From the human T2T-CHM13v2.0 reference genome, Homo sapiens: a DNA stretch of 64,000 bases. Below are positions 41,139 to 54,387 of the stretch, piece after piece. How positions within the stretch are numbered: position 1 is the first letter of the stretch; every line of letters begins with the position of its first letter. The DNA is taken from assembly GCF_009914755.1 (NCBI RefSeq), contig NC_060937.1, one strand, 5' to 3'. The position numbers and the translations under genes are program-made. Under the pieces are notes generated by a model. That model made no database searches, was not told the DNA's origin, and saw only the letters and a program-made list of their open reading frames with translations.

Positions 41139-44100
41139 GTGAGTAATTGCAGAACATTTTTAAACTAACTGGTTTTTGACTGCCTGTAAAACTCAGCAAT
41201 GTAGAATGTAGTGTAAAGTACCTAGAATAGGAAGAAGGAAATAAAGTTCATTCATCTGCCACACAAATGTAACCACCATTAAGGTTTTGGTCTGTTTCCT
41301 TCTAATCTCTGTATTTTTGTAATTGTATGTTTTTGTTTTAATATCATGTATATGGAAATGTCCCTTGCTCTTGTCCCGTAACATAGTAATGTGCGTGTTT
41401 CCCCATGCCATAGCCAGTCTTCAAAAATGATATTTGAAAAAATGTATAATGTGATTTGAAAATTTTATATGCATTGAGTGCCATTCTGTTTGTATTCAGA
41501 GTAGACTGTAAGTACTTTAGACATAAGGCTTCTAATTTATTTTTTCTCTTAATATAGTGTTTCCCAGGATTGATGTGTACATATCACATGGCGTAGAATT
41601 AGGGGAGCATGTCTAAACGCTATACGTGTTAAAGACAGGTGTTTCTGGATCCTAAAATTTGCTGCTTAATATGTTCAGTATGTGATACTAAATCTGTGTA
41701 GTCTAATGCTATTAAATCAAATGTATAGTCTCATGGTACTAAATCTGTGTCGTCTAAACCTTCTTTGTACCTAAGCTTATGTAGCAATTGCATGTTCTAT
41801 AGAAATGGAAAATAATTTATTTTAAAGAATTTATTAAAATTTTAAACCACTCAACATGATAACAACAAAGTAAACCCTCTAAACATGTGTATGTTTTGAA
41901 TTCTGGGGAAAATGCGCATTTGTTTTGTTATTTCTTCCCCTACTCCCAATCTTCATTTTCTTCTTGAGTAGATATAACTATGAACCCACGAGACCTTTGA
42001 ATTGTTGGTGTGAAACAGCAGTTGATTGGTGTTTTTGTGCAGCAGTCATTTTCTTGTGAGCATTTCATTTTCTGCACCTGTGTTGGGAAACGGTGAAAAG
42101 GTGTGGTGCAATGGAGTCTGAGCAGCTCCACCACGTGGAGCTGTGCCACCGTCTTGTGCTGCGGGGCTTGCACTCTCAGCTTCCTCCTGAGTGCCCACCT
42201 TCCATCTGCCCCAGCATCGTACTGCAGGACAGACTGGCCTGGGGACCCACTCATTAATAACTGTTTATTGGGCGCCTGCTCTGTGCAGCTCTGTTAAAGG
42301 CACCAGGATGCACAGTGAACAGAATGGCGGGTGCCTCTCCCCTCGCTGAGCTCGCACTTGGGTATGGGAACACAATGGTCTTTTGTTGCCTCCATTTTTA
42401 CTGCTTCTTTTTCATAATTTGACATCTGTGCACCTTCTTGTGAGCAGGTCTCCTCATGCATCATGCCACTTCTCTTACATTAGTGGCAATCTTTGACTTA
42501 TTTTTCCTTGTATTTGGTCAACTCCGGATCCTTTTCTGCCTTGGAAACCCTTTTCTTTTGCTTCCCCTCTTTCTTCCCTTTTTTTCATTCATCTTCATTT
42601 GGCTGCTTGGACTCTGCCTTCCATCTCAACTTTGTGGACTTTGAGAAGATCAGACTCCTTTTAGCGCGTCGTGTGGCCCACATTACCCGAGACACCTGCT
42701 TTCTGTCATCTCTCCTAGTGCTCTGCATCGCCTTCATCCCTTGGCCTGTTGGGCATTTACTCCCAGGATTTGGCTCTACTAACCCATTCGCTTTTTAGTG
42801 TGTAATGTAGCTTATGTGTAGTTTTGTGTACGTAGCTACAGAGACAGTAGATGGGTTTTATGGGTTGTAGGAAAACTTGAGTTTTAACTCCTGGAGCTGC
42901 CCTTTCCTCTTGCATTCTTGTATAAGACACTGCTTTTTTGGGGAAGGCTTCATGTGGTGAATAACACAGCCACAATCCACAGTGAGATTCCAAAGGGTGT
43001 GTTACCTTCTGTTATGGTTCAGGTCCAGATAATTCTGTTAGAAAAAGTGGTCAGCAGTGTTTAAATTGGTGCCAAGGGCATTCTTTAGTTTCTCCATTAA
43101 TCTTGCTTTCATTAGGCACTTTATAAAACCAGGCAACCATGCTTTTTTAGAAATCCTGGTGGGTTTTTCTTTGCATTATATATTCTGTAATACTTCTCAG
43201 ATTGAAGCATAGTCGATACCTTTTTCGTTTTCCTTCTCTAACTGTCCTTTTACAGAGAGAATAGCCTGGGTATTATAAGTGCTCTTTTCTTCAAATCAGC
43301 CAACTCTTTCATACAGAATGATGGAAAACACCTTGACCTCAAAATCACATCTAAATTGTTTTCTATATAAAGCTGCATTTATAAATAGCACATGGTAAAA
43401 TTACAGTTGTTATAGAAATAAACTCATAGAATTCATAGAGAATTGTCTTTTGATGTAGTACTCTCATTTTACAGCAGAGAAAACAGAAGCTAAATGCCTT
43501 GTCCAAGGTTATACACTGGTTACTAAGCCAGGAATCAATTTCAGCTTTCCTTAATTTTATATTTGTAAATTGTACATAAAAATAGAGAACAGAATACAAC
43601 ACAGAACAAAACATGATAGATAATGTGTTAGGCATTTCTACACCCCCTTTTGTAGTTTCGTTTTCACAGAAAACTATAAGGTCTGGGTGTTTTTAACCTC
43701 ACTGAAAGTTGAAAACTTACTAAAGGGTAAGACTGGTGTGGACCAATGGTGTTAAGGAAATTTACATGAATGACTTGTCTTAACTTGGGATCAGTATAAT
43801 GGAGTTGAGAGAAGAGTATTCCATGCGAAAGTACCAACATTTTGAAATTAAGAGACAATGAGACAGGTATGAATGGGATGGATATGTGTTTTCCTGCTAT
43901 TGTATAATAGTTAAGATGAACACCAAAAAGACACTGGAAAGTAAAACTCGTAGTAATTTATGTCTGTTATTATGAACCATTCAGTAACTATTTCTCTCTC
44001 CTCTCCTTCTGGGACTCCTGTGGTGCAATTAGTCAAATATAGACAATATTTGAGCCATTGTCTTCATACTGTCCTTTAATTTTTTAAACATAGTTTCCTT

Positions 44101-44532
44101 TAGTTCTTTGGACATATTTATAACAGCTGCTTTGAAACCTTTATCTCCTAAGTCCACTATCTGTGCCCCCTAGAGACAGTTTCCATTGACTGCTTCTTTT
44201 TTTCTTGTGTGCGTGTGTGTGTGGTCACACTTTCTTGCATGTCCTATGATTTTTTAAATTGAAAACTGGATATCTTAGACCTATTTTAGCAGCTCTGGAT
44301 GCTTGAAATCCACCTCCCCTGGGATATACTGTTGCTGTTGCTGTGTCTTGCTCAGTGACTCACCTAGAGCACTTCTGTAGTTTATCTTCCCATAGTCACT
44401 GATGTCTATTTTTATTTTTTTATTCTTGTTTTTATTTTTAATTCTGTCTTTCTAGGATTCACTTTTGGGTAGCATAATTTAGTATTCAGCCAAAGATTCA
44501 CCAAAGATTGTGCTTAAACACCTTTAACAGTT

Positions 44533-44822
44533 CAGGTATTACGGCTCACACCTGTAATCCCAACACTTTGGGAGGCCTAGTAGGGAGGATTGCTTGAGGC
44601 TAGGAGTTTGACACCAGCCTGGGCAGCATAACAAGACCATGTCTCTAGAAAAAACCAAAATTACCTGGGCTGGGTGGCAAATGCCTGTAGTCTTAGCTAC
44701 TCGGGAGGCTGAGGTGGGAGGATTGCTTGAGCCCTGGAGTTTGAGGCTGCAGTAAGCTATGATTGCACCACTGCACTTCCAGCCTGAGCTACAGAACAAG
44801 ATTGTGTCCCTAAAAAACCAAA
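44533..44822 (+). mobile_element. AluJ inserted in an old L1 fragment
   Basis: gaggattgcttgag J-type motifs; degenerate TSD aaacacctttaacagt / aaacacctctgacggt. Confidence 0.88.
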
Positions 44823-46708
44823 AAACACCTCTGACGGTGAGGTTTCACTCTTGCCAGTGATCTGTATGGGGTTGGGGAATGCATTCAAAGAGAGGGCTGG
44901 GGAGGAGCATGACTTTTTAAAAGTTAAAGGCAGTGGATGAAATGACAAAGGAAAAGATAAATCTTTTAGGCTACCTAATGAGAGTTTAATATATTCCTTG
45001 CCTCAAACAGTATAAGCCAGATAACAAGTTAATTGGAATGTTATTTGCATCAGGTATAATACAAGGTTATCCTTAATGTCTGAAGAGCTCATTAAGACAA
45101 ATACATGAAGATTAATAGACAAATGGGAAAGGTTGTGAACAATTTAAAAAATGGTAAACACTAAGGCTTTGAAAAAAAATAGTTAAACTCACCATAAAAA
45201 TTTTAATAGGCATATTTTCTGTAATCAGTGAGCAGAGATTTAAAGAGAGAATCTTTAGTTCTAATGGTGGAAATGTAAATCCATACAGAGTTTCTCAAAA
45301 GTAATATGGCAGTTATATATAGAATTCTGGAAGTGATCAAGTTCTTTAATTTAGGGCTTTCTCTTTAATTTCTAAATTTCTTGAAATCCATTCCAGAGAA
45401 TTAACCTGAAATATATTCAAAGATGCTTGTGTAAAGGCATTTTCAGAGGATTATTTGTTATAGTAATAAATTGCAAGCAACCCAAAATAAACAGTATGAG
45501 ATGAACAGTACCAGAATGATTAAGCGATCAGTGGTTTGTCCATTTGTAGTTACTAAAGTGTACATGAGGCTTTAAAAATACAAAAAACATATATTTTCAT
45601 GTTAAGTGCAATAACAGAATATGAAATTACACAGGTGATATGATCTCATGGTATTACAAAGTTGACATAGAAGATAGAAGACATTGTGCTAGAGAATGGT
45701 TTCTTTCCAGTGGAGGAATTTTAGCTTCCCACTAATGTAAGGGATAGTGATTATGGGGGAAGTCTTTGGCACCACAGTCCAGAATGTGTTGGAGATAGAA
45801 ACGGGCCTCTGAGGCTAGGGAGGAAGCCAGCGTGGAACATGGCAGGCACACAGGCCTTGGGCTTGGAGAGTGACGGGGAAGGGAGAGGAAATCAAGATCT
45901 CTTAAATGCAGATCTTTTAATTTCAATTAGTTTTTGTGACACAGCCAGCCACTACTCTTGCCTCTATTTTCTCATGTACGTACTGTTTGAAATCAGTCTG
46001 TTAGCTGTGCTTAGGGTGCCCTTGTTGTGTAGGTAGTTCAGATAATTAAGATCCGGGCGGCTTGATGCAGTGGAAGGTGTACAGCCTTTTTGTTGAATCG
46101 TCCATGCTGCTTAGCCTGGGTGGCCAGGAGCTTTGGCCCTAGCTTCCTGAGCCCAGTTATCTCATTTGTAAAATGAGATTGGTAATGCTGGCCCTGACCT
46201 GGTAGTATTAAGTGGACTGGCAACTGGCCTTAAGGCCTCCAGCAAAGTGCTGGACCTTAGAGGTTTTTGTGTGTATTAAGAAGAGTATTTAAGAGCATTG
46301 GGAACAGAAGGCATCACTGAGGCCACCATACCATTCTGTTTGTAAACTGGAATCCCCGTAGATTTTGAGGGTGACCTGTGAAAGCTGTAGCCAAGGTGGC
46401 CTGATCATATAATTAAAAGAGACAGGTTTGTGACCTGATGTGCCCGAGCTTGGTGGATTTGACAGTGAAAGCACACTCGTTGCCCCCATGGCATGGTGAC
46501 TGGCATCTTTCCTGATGGGGATCAAAGGAAGGGGTTGGATGCCTAGGCTGGAGAGAATGATGGTCTGGAGTTGCCTCTCGGGGGGATGAGGAGCACCCCG
46601 CTCCGTCATTAGAGAATGAGGTTTCTTAAGTCGCTGACTGGGAAGACACAGTCCTTATGGCCTTCCCTGCTCAGCGATATACACTATGGTTTGATTTTTT
46701 AGGCTTTC

Positions 46709-47087
46709 TGTATTAGTCCGTTCTCACGCTGCTGTGAAGAAATACCCGAGACTGGGCAATTTATAAAGAAAAGAGGTTTAATTGACTCAGAGTTCCACAT
46801 GGCTGGGGAGGCTTCAGGAAACTTACAGTCATGGCGGAAGGCACCTCTTCACGAAGCAGTGGGAGAGAGAATGAGTGCCAACAGGGGAAATGCCAGATGC
46901 TTATAAAACCATCAGATCTTGTGAGAACTCACCATGAGAACAGCATAGGGGAACGCGCTGCGTGCCCCTGCTCCCCCACACCCCCGTGCCATGATTCAGT
47001 TACCTCCACCCTGTCCCGCCCTTGACACATGGGGATTATTACAATTCAGGGTGAGATTTGGGTGGGCCATAGAGCCAAACCATATCA
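46709..47087 (-). mobile_element. THE1 (C/D-like) MaLR solo LTR, TSD CTTTC
   Basis: tgtattagtccgttctcacgctgct ... gccaaaccatatca; CTTTC at 46704-46708 and 47088-47092. Confidence 0.93.
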
Positions 47088-49127
47088 CTTTCCCTGTTAT
47101 TTAGAGCATTATTATAATACTGTGAATATAATGTAATAGGTAGCATCACTCTTTCTAATCTGTAAGTGTATAAAACGGTTATGTATCCTTAGATGCCATC
47201 ACACACATCCACGGGCCTTTCCTGTGCTCCAGAGAAGCCGCACACCTGTCTTTTCCTCCCTGCTCCTTTAGTTTGCGATGGCCTTCAGATGCCAGGCCAA
47301 GGAGGAAAACCTGAGCCTCCTGGTGACAGGGTGTCTTCGGTCTCCATCCATCAGCAGTGACCCTAAACCCTGGCGTTGCTTCGTCTCTTCATCTTCTGCT
47401 TTGCCCTTGGCTTTTCTCCACCTCAATGAAGATTTCTGTTAAATCTTTTGACTCCTGAAGTCTCTGCTTGGGGCCCGTAGGTGGAGATGGTTAATGATGA
47501 GGGGCCCTGAGGTATCAGGGAGGGTGTGCAGCTTGTGGGATCCCCTCTTTTCCTGGGCGGCGAGGTGCCTGCTGGCTTCTTTCACACCTGGCTCCCATTG
47601 TTTTTCATGGGATTTCCTTGCTGTATCTGGACTAAGATGATACAGATGAAGGTTGTCAGGTAGGCACTAGTGGAATGCTGACACGGAGAGGAGCTCAGTG
47701 TTTGGGAGGATTGAGTGACTTAATTGCAAGAAAGCCTGTCTTGTGAAATAATTACCTCCTGACTGAAGGAGTCATTTAAGAAGCAGCTCCAAGTAAGACT
47801 CTACATTGGGCTGGAAGGTCGAAGGGTGACTGGCTAGATGCCTTCCTACTATAAGCCAATGACTGGCACTCTTGAGTAACCATTATAACCTCGTAAAACC
47901 CCTTTTTGTGAAAAAGGGAAACAGACCGATAGACTTGTCCAGCTGCAGACAGTCAGTGGTGGAGCGCAGCTGGGAGCCCAGGTCCACGTGGCTGCAGAGG
48001 CCGGCTCTACCTGTCGCCATGCTGCTGTGCAGGTGCCATTGGTGGTGTCTGCTTCCCCCTGTGTGCTGGAGGCTTTGCAGGAGCCATTGCCTATAAACCT
48101 TTAACATTTAGGAGAAACATACCCCAAGACCTGTGAATCTCCAAATTTAAAAGTAATAGAATAACATTTATTTCAAAAGATACAGCATCATAAAAGCATT
48201 TATGTGGTCTCTCCAAACTTTTTTTGAGAACTAACGTTCCGAGGTATTGGTAAGGACCAGCAGTGCTAACACACCACATTAAATCAGCAACCGTGTGGTC
48301 GGGGAGCCACTGACTGCCTCATGTCATTGTGACCCGTAGAGGAGCCAGCAGGAGCTTCTGGGATTTCTTGTCAACACTCCTTCCTCCTCCTCCTCCTCCT
48401 TTCCGTGGAGTCAGATGTTTATTACAGGCCACATTGTGTGGTGAACTACTGTCTTGTAATGTACTTTTTGAAAATTTACTTGAAGTGTAAATAGACTGGA
48501 ATGGAGAACATTAAATGATGATCTTGTTTCTCTGTAGCAGTGGACAGGGAGGGGCTGATTAGGTAGGGTGGAGGTAGATTTGGAATAATTGTGCCACTTT
48601 TTGGTTTTTCTTCTTGGACTTATACATTAGGATTGGGATATGGAAATACAGTTGTATGATGATAAAAATCTTTTATACAGATGAAACAAAAAAAATTAAT
48701 GTTCTTTGTTCTCTTATGTAAATCAGTTATTTGTTTTTAAAGGCTGTTGATGACATAAACATATAAAACACCTACCGAGATTGGCAGTGGAAGTTGTAAC
48801 CCATTTGTAAAATCAGAAATGCTAAGTACTCCTTTAATGATGCAACGAATAAAGTGTCTGTGTCTGCGAGGCACAGCAGTGAGTCCTCTTTGTTTTGCTG
48901 TGCTCTGAGGCGGGCAGCATAGGGATTGAGTGGCACCAGTGTTTGACTGCACTTGCCTCTCCATGCCTCGTGACCCCCGGGAAGCTGGCACTGGCTGAGC
49001 TCAGCTCTGTGGGCCTTTCTTCAGCACTGTGGGTCGTAAAAGCTGCCTTTTCTTTGAAAACTGCCTGCGTCCTCTGGGTTCCCAGCGTTGGTGGGATGGA
49101 GCTGTGGCGTCCAGGCTGTGAGGTCTC

Positions 49128-49181
49128 ATGGGGTCCTGCAGCAGCCAGAGCGTGCAGAAGACGAGGAGGGGAAGAAAGGTG
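49128..49181 (+). CDS. ARHGEF7: Candidate alternative first coding exon of ARHGEF7 (MGSCSSQSVQKTRRGRKV)
   Basis: ATG 49128, 18 codons ending exactly at GTG|gtaagt (phase 0), matching the phase-0 exon at 51717; no transcript evidence available here. Confidence 0.55.
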
Positions 49182-51716
49182 GTAAGTGGCACCCCCGGCT
49201 GCGCCCCGAGGTCAGGAAGGCCAGCAACCTCCTGGCAGAGGGAGTGGGCACCCCAGCTGGAGTCAGGGAGCCAGGCCTGGCTGTGTGTTTGAGGAAAAGT
49301 TAAGTGTAACTTGCATTGTTTGGTTGGGAGTAATACAGGAATTGTGTTTAGCACCCTATTTGAAAATAGTGTTTAAGACTATTTGTTGAATTAACCAACT
49401 TAACTATTTTAACAAATGTAGCTTTTTGGCAGAGGGCTCTTTCAAGTAGTTTTTGGTGCTTATGGGAAGCTTTCATTTCTACAACCAGCGCTTAGTGCTG
49501 TGACGGACAAAAGGTCATTGTATTTTATTCTTCTCATATTCGTGCTAGTGATAGTTTCTAGTGGCTGCTTTCTTATCTCACATAGGAACATTTTTCTGTT
49601 TGAAAATAAGTATATAGGTCTTCAGGTGTGCAGTGAGCAGTATTGGTAAGTTGGTATCCAATATTTGTAATTAGGAAGCTAAATCATATTTCCTATCTTT
49701 AACATTGAAAAGGACTTTTCTGATACGTCTGTGACAGATCTTATTTCATCTTATTTAGCTCAAGATCTCATTATGCTTGGCTGGCTTCCCCCGTTGTTCT
49801 GGAGGACAGGCCTGGTTTCGAGTAGCGTCTCTGGGGTGTGGTGGCTGGCATCACGGTTTACCTCTGCTCACCAGACCTTTGACATTTGTGTTCGACGGGA
49901 ATTTCGTAGAAGGAAGACATTGTGGTTGTGGGGTCAGCATTTCCCATGAAGAGCCAGCTCCCTGCAGGGCCCCTCGCTCTGGCTCTCCCACGGTCGTCTC
50001 CCTTGAATAGATCCCTTCAGGGATGAGCCTGAGTTCCTTGTCACCAGTGGAAGAGCCTCTGTTTTTTTTCGCCCAAGTAGTTTAGTAAGTGATTTAATCA
50101 GATTTGCATTTACTCAGGAATGACTGTATTCCTTTCTCAGAGTTTACAGTCAACAGTAGGCAAACAGAGTAACAACCCGGGTTGTCTTTACTAAGGCTGA
50201 AATTTAAATTTAACTTGATGACTTTTTTCTTAAATGTTTAAATTTACATTTGGATTATCAAAAATGATGGGGACAGACTGAGCATGTTTAATATCTTTAT
50301 TACTTCTGTACAATTTCTTTTGTATGAATAAGTGAGAATGTATTGTTAGCTCTGGGAGACAAATAGCACATCTTGATGCATGTACTAGATGCGCAGAAAA
50401 TACGTGTAATGTGATTTCCTGATTTAAAAAGCACTAGCTCTGTAACAGACTCGGGTGAAAAAGAATGGAGGCAGGGATTCCACTTTCTTCACTTACGTCA
50501 GGTCCTTCAGGATCCTCAGCGTGCTCCTCAGTCTCATGCCAAAGAAGACAGTGTGGTGCGGTGCAGTGGCAGGAGGACCTGGGGCCGCTGTCTGGCTCTG
50601 CTTTTCTCAGCTGTTTGAGTTGGGAGAAGTCAGCTTCTCTAAGAGGAAAAGTTTTGTGTGCAGAGCCCCTTGCTCGGTGCCAGGAGTGCGAGGAGCACCT
50701 GCAGTTCACATCCAGGTGCCTTCTCGTCCCACCCTGGGCTGGGCCTTTGCTGCAGTGATAGCTGGTGGAAAGCATTCCTACTTGGTTTCATCAGTTTTGC
50801 ACTTTATATTTATCTGTCAGTTTTTAAGACTTAAATTATTTTGGCTAAATTTGCTACACTAATACAGGGTATTGGGAAACATTTTAATTTTAAGGTTAAT
50901 TTATAATTATTCTGCTATCTTTAAATGAAGTAGTAAAGATTGTTAACATTGATAAACCTTTAGTTTTTAATAAATGTGGTAATAAGGTGTCTGAGACTGT
51001 CATATTCACTAGGGAAAGTCTGTAGTTCCCAGAAATTGATTTCAATTTTTAGATGCAATCTAAAGAGTAAACTGTTTTTTTAGTTGAGAGTAATATTACA
51101 TATGTTAAAATACATAGATTTCAAAGGCACAGTCCAGTGAGCTTTTACAATGTATATATCTGTTGTAACCGCTACCCAAATCAAAATACAGAACCTATGT
51201 ATCACCTTAGACATTTACGTCATTCTCCTTTCCTTGTTGTCCACGCCCCCATCCTACCCTTCACCTCTTCTCTGATTTCTGTCACCATAGATTAGTTTTG
51301 TCATCTCTTAAACTTAATACAAATGGGATGATGCAGGATGTCCTTTTGGGAATGGCTTCTTTTGCACCACACAGTGTCGTAGAGATTGATCTGTTTGTCC
51401 ATGCAGTTGTGATTCTTGGCGGCTTCTCCTTTTTATCTAAACAGACATGGCATCTGATGATGGAATTCATGCTAGGTATACCTGTCAGATACGGTTGGCA
51501 GTAAGATAAAGTCAGTTGTATGGCCTTAGTAATAATTCATTACATGGGTTTAACAGTCAATAATTGCAAAGAATGATGATGATACTCAACACTTTAGTAT
51601 TACATAGAAGTAACAGTGTGAATTGAACAATGGCGATGAACTGTCCAAAGTGTATAAATCTTAGTGTCAAATAGCAATTGAAATGTCAAATAACACTTAT
51701 TCATCATTTATTATAG

Positions 51717-51811
51717 GTGCTACAGAATATTTTAGAAACAGAAAATGAATATTCTAAAGAACTTCAGACTGTGCTTTCAACGTACCTACGGCCATTGCAG
51801 ACCAGTGAGAA
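51717..51811 (+). CDS. ARHGEF7: ARHGEF7 exon, start of DH domain ([32 protein letters not shown])
   Basis: ttatag acceptor, GAA|gtaagt donor; 95 nt, phase 0 to 2; DH CR1 motif ILETENEY. Confidence 0.96.
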
Positions 51812-52043
51812 GTAAGTTAGATGATAAATTGCATTAACTGTAAAATAGTCTAAACCTTAGGCTGTTCTCTTCTATTTTCAGAGAATAGAGGGTTAAATAG
51901 TGAAACAAAATTTAGTGTACCAGTTTGCCTTAGACATCAGCTGTTTATTAGGTTAAGACTTCAATAGGACATTGGGATGGCAAAGGAGAAGAATATAAAT
52001 AAAACTGTTTACATATGTTTACTGTTATTTTTCTTGGCTCTAG

Positions 52044-52139
52044 GTTAAGTTCAGCAAACATTTCATATTTAATGGGAAATCTAGAAGAAATATGTTCTTT
52101 CCAGCAAATGCTCGTACAGTCTTTAGAAGAATGCACCAA
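52044..52139 (+). CDS. ARHGEF7: ARHGEF7 exon, DH domain (LSSANISYLMGNLEEICSFQQMLVQSLEECTK)
   Basis: ggctctag acceptor, CAA|gtaagt donor; 96 nt, phase 2 to 2; DH motif MGNLEEI. Confidence 0.96.
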
Positions 52140-52578
52140 GTAAGTAAGATGCTAAAAATTTGCAACACTCAGGTTGGTATAATTGGTATTTAAAGGATTA
52201 AGTGTGAAGTAATTTTAGAATTCACATTTCTAAAGATGCAAACTTAAGTTATTTTAAATCTTTTGGGTAAATCAGCTTTTACAGTAAAAGCTGTATTTTA
52301 GACTGTCTAGTTTGTATAGCAGGAATCTTCAGAGAAAGACTCAAGAATGGTGATTTTTAAGGTGTTCCATGGAGGAAGAGTCGGGATGAAGAGCCTCTGG
52401 GAGAGAAAGGAGAATGGCCTGACACCAGGACCACTGAGGGGACAAGTGGCTCAGCTCCTTGTGTGCCCTGAGTGCTGCGCAGGGGGCCTTGAAGGCCAGG
52501 TCTTTCCCCAATATCCTGCAGCTTGCCTGCTGTTTCTGGCCTTCCAGAAGCAGATACAGTGCTTCTAGAAATAACATA

Positions 52579-53818
52579 TTAGGTTGGTGCAAAAGTAATT
52601 GTGGTTTTGGATTGTGAATTTTAAATCATAACTAGGCTCAGACACATCTTTATTAATCAAGACCATTCCAGTCAACACATTTTCACCAGTGAGAAATAAG
52701 TTTTATTCTTGTAGCGTAAAAATCTGTGCTTCAGGATTTGACAAACTCTTGGAAAGCACTTTCTGCATCCTGCTGGTTGTGGAAGCGTTTTCCCTGCAAA
52801 AAGTTGTCGAGATGCTTGAAGAAATGGTAGTTGGTTGGTGAGAGGTCAGGTGAATATGGCGGATGAGGCAAAACTTCACAGCCCAATTTGTTCCACTTTT
52901 GAAGTGTTGGTTGTGTGACGTGCGGTCAGGCGCTGTTGTGGAGAAGAATTGGGCCCTTCCTGTTGACCAATGCCGGCTGCAGGCATTGTAGTTTTCAAAG
53001 CATCTCATCGATTTGCTGAGCATACTTCTCAGATGTAATGGTTTTGTGGAGATTCAGAAAGTTGTAGTGGATCAGACTGGCACAGACCACCAGACAGTGA
53101 CCAGGACCTTTTTTTGGTGCAAGTTTGGCTTTGGGAAGTGCTTTGGAACTTCTCGGTCCAACCACTGAGCTGGTTGTCGTATAAGAACCACTTTTCGGCG
53201 TATGTCACAATCTGATTGAGAAATGGTTCATTGTTGTGTAGAATAAGAGAAGGTGACACTTCAAGATGATGATTTTTTTGATTCTCGCTCAGCTCATGAG
53301 GTACCCACTTACCGAGCTTTTTCACCTTTTCAAATTGCTTCAAATGCCGATCAACTGTAGAACAGTCAACGTTGAGTTCTTTAGCAGCTTCTCGTGTAGT
53401 TGTAAGAGGATCAGCTTCAGTGATTGCTCTCATTTGGTCGTTGTCAACTTCTGATGGCCGGCCACTACGCTCCTCACCTTCAAGGCCCTCATCTCCTCTG
53501 CAAAACTTCTTGACCCACCACTGCACTGTGTGTTTGTTAGCAGTTCCTGGGCCAAATGCGTTGTTGATGTTGGAAATTGTCTCCACTGCTTTACGACTTA
53601 CTTTGAACTCGAATAAGAAAATTGCTCAAATTTGCCTTTTGTCTAACATTTCCATAGTCTAAAATAAACAGCAAGTAATAAGTCGTTAGCAAAAAAACCA
53701 TCAAGCGAGAAATACGCATTAAAATGATGTATAACCACATTTATTTAAGAACATGTTCCAATATCAAATGGCAAATTTCAACAATGCAGAAACCACAAAT
53801 ATGTTTGCAGCAACCTGA
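52579..53818 (-). mobile_element. Hsmar1 mariner, near full length, transposase pseudogene
   Basis: TA + TTAGGTTGGTGCAAAAGTAATTGTGGTTTT TIR; degenerate opposite TIR ending 53818; ORF from ATG 53655 with NINNAFGPGTAN, RSGRP, WVPHEL; frameshifted downstream. Confidence 0.96.
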
Positions 53819-54387
53819 TGTAACATGCTATGCTGATGAACTAGGGCTTTGAGGCTTTGTCACTTTTCCAAAATTTTCCTTTGGAGGGACAGAGGCATGT
53901 TCTGAATAATCAGCCATCAGTTTTTTTCTGTGTGACTATTTTATTTTCTTGGTTTACATCAGACATTAAAGGATATTTGTTAATTTCCTGCCAGGTGACT
54001 TAGAACAGTAGTGCACATGGAAGCTTTTAGGTTTCAGTAGTCTATCAGGTGAGGTTTCTTTACTTGTGGGTTTGATGAAGGTGACACATTTTATTTTTAA
54101 ATTATCTTTGATCTTTATTCATATAACCCCCAGAAAAGACTACAGTACATTATTTCCTTGGATTTCGGTTGGTCTCTGGTCTTCCCTTCAGCTTGTGCCT
54201 ATTTAGGTTTTGAACGTGGTGAGGGAGTGGCCTTCCTTCTGTGCCACTAGTTCTTGCAGTTCATGACAGTTTACCAACCATGATGAAAATACTTTGTTCC
54301 CTTACCTTTTTGGCTGGGCTTTGAGGTTTTGTCAAGGCACTTTATACTGGACTATCGATATGGCAAGGAAAGCTGAATGCCAGAGTA

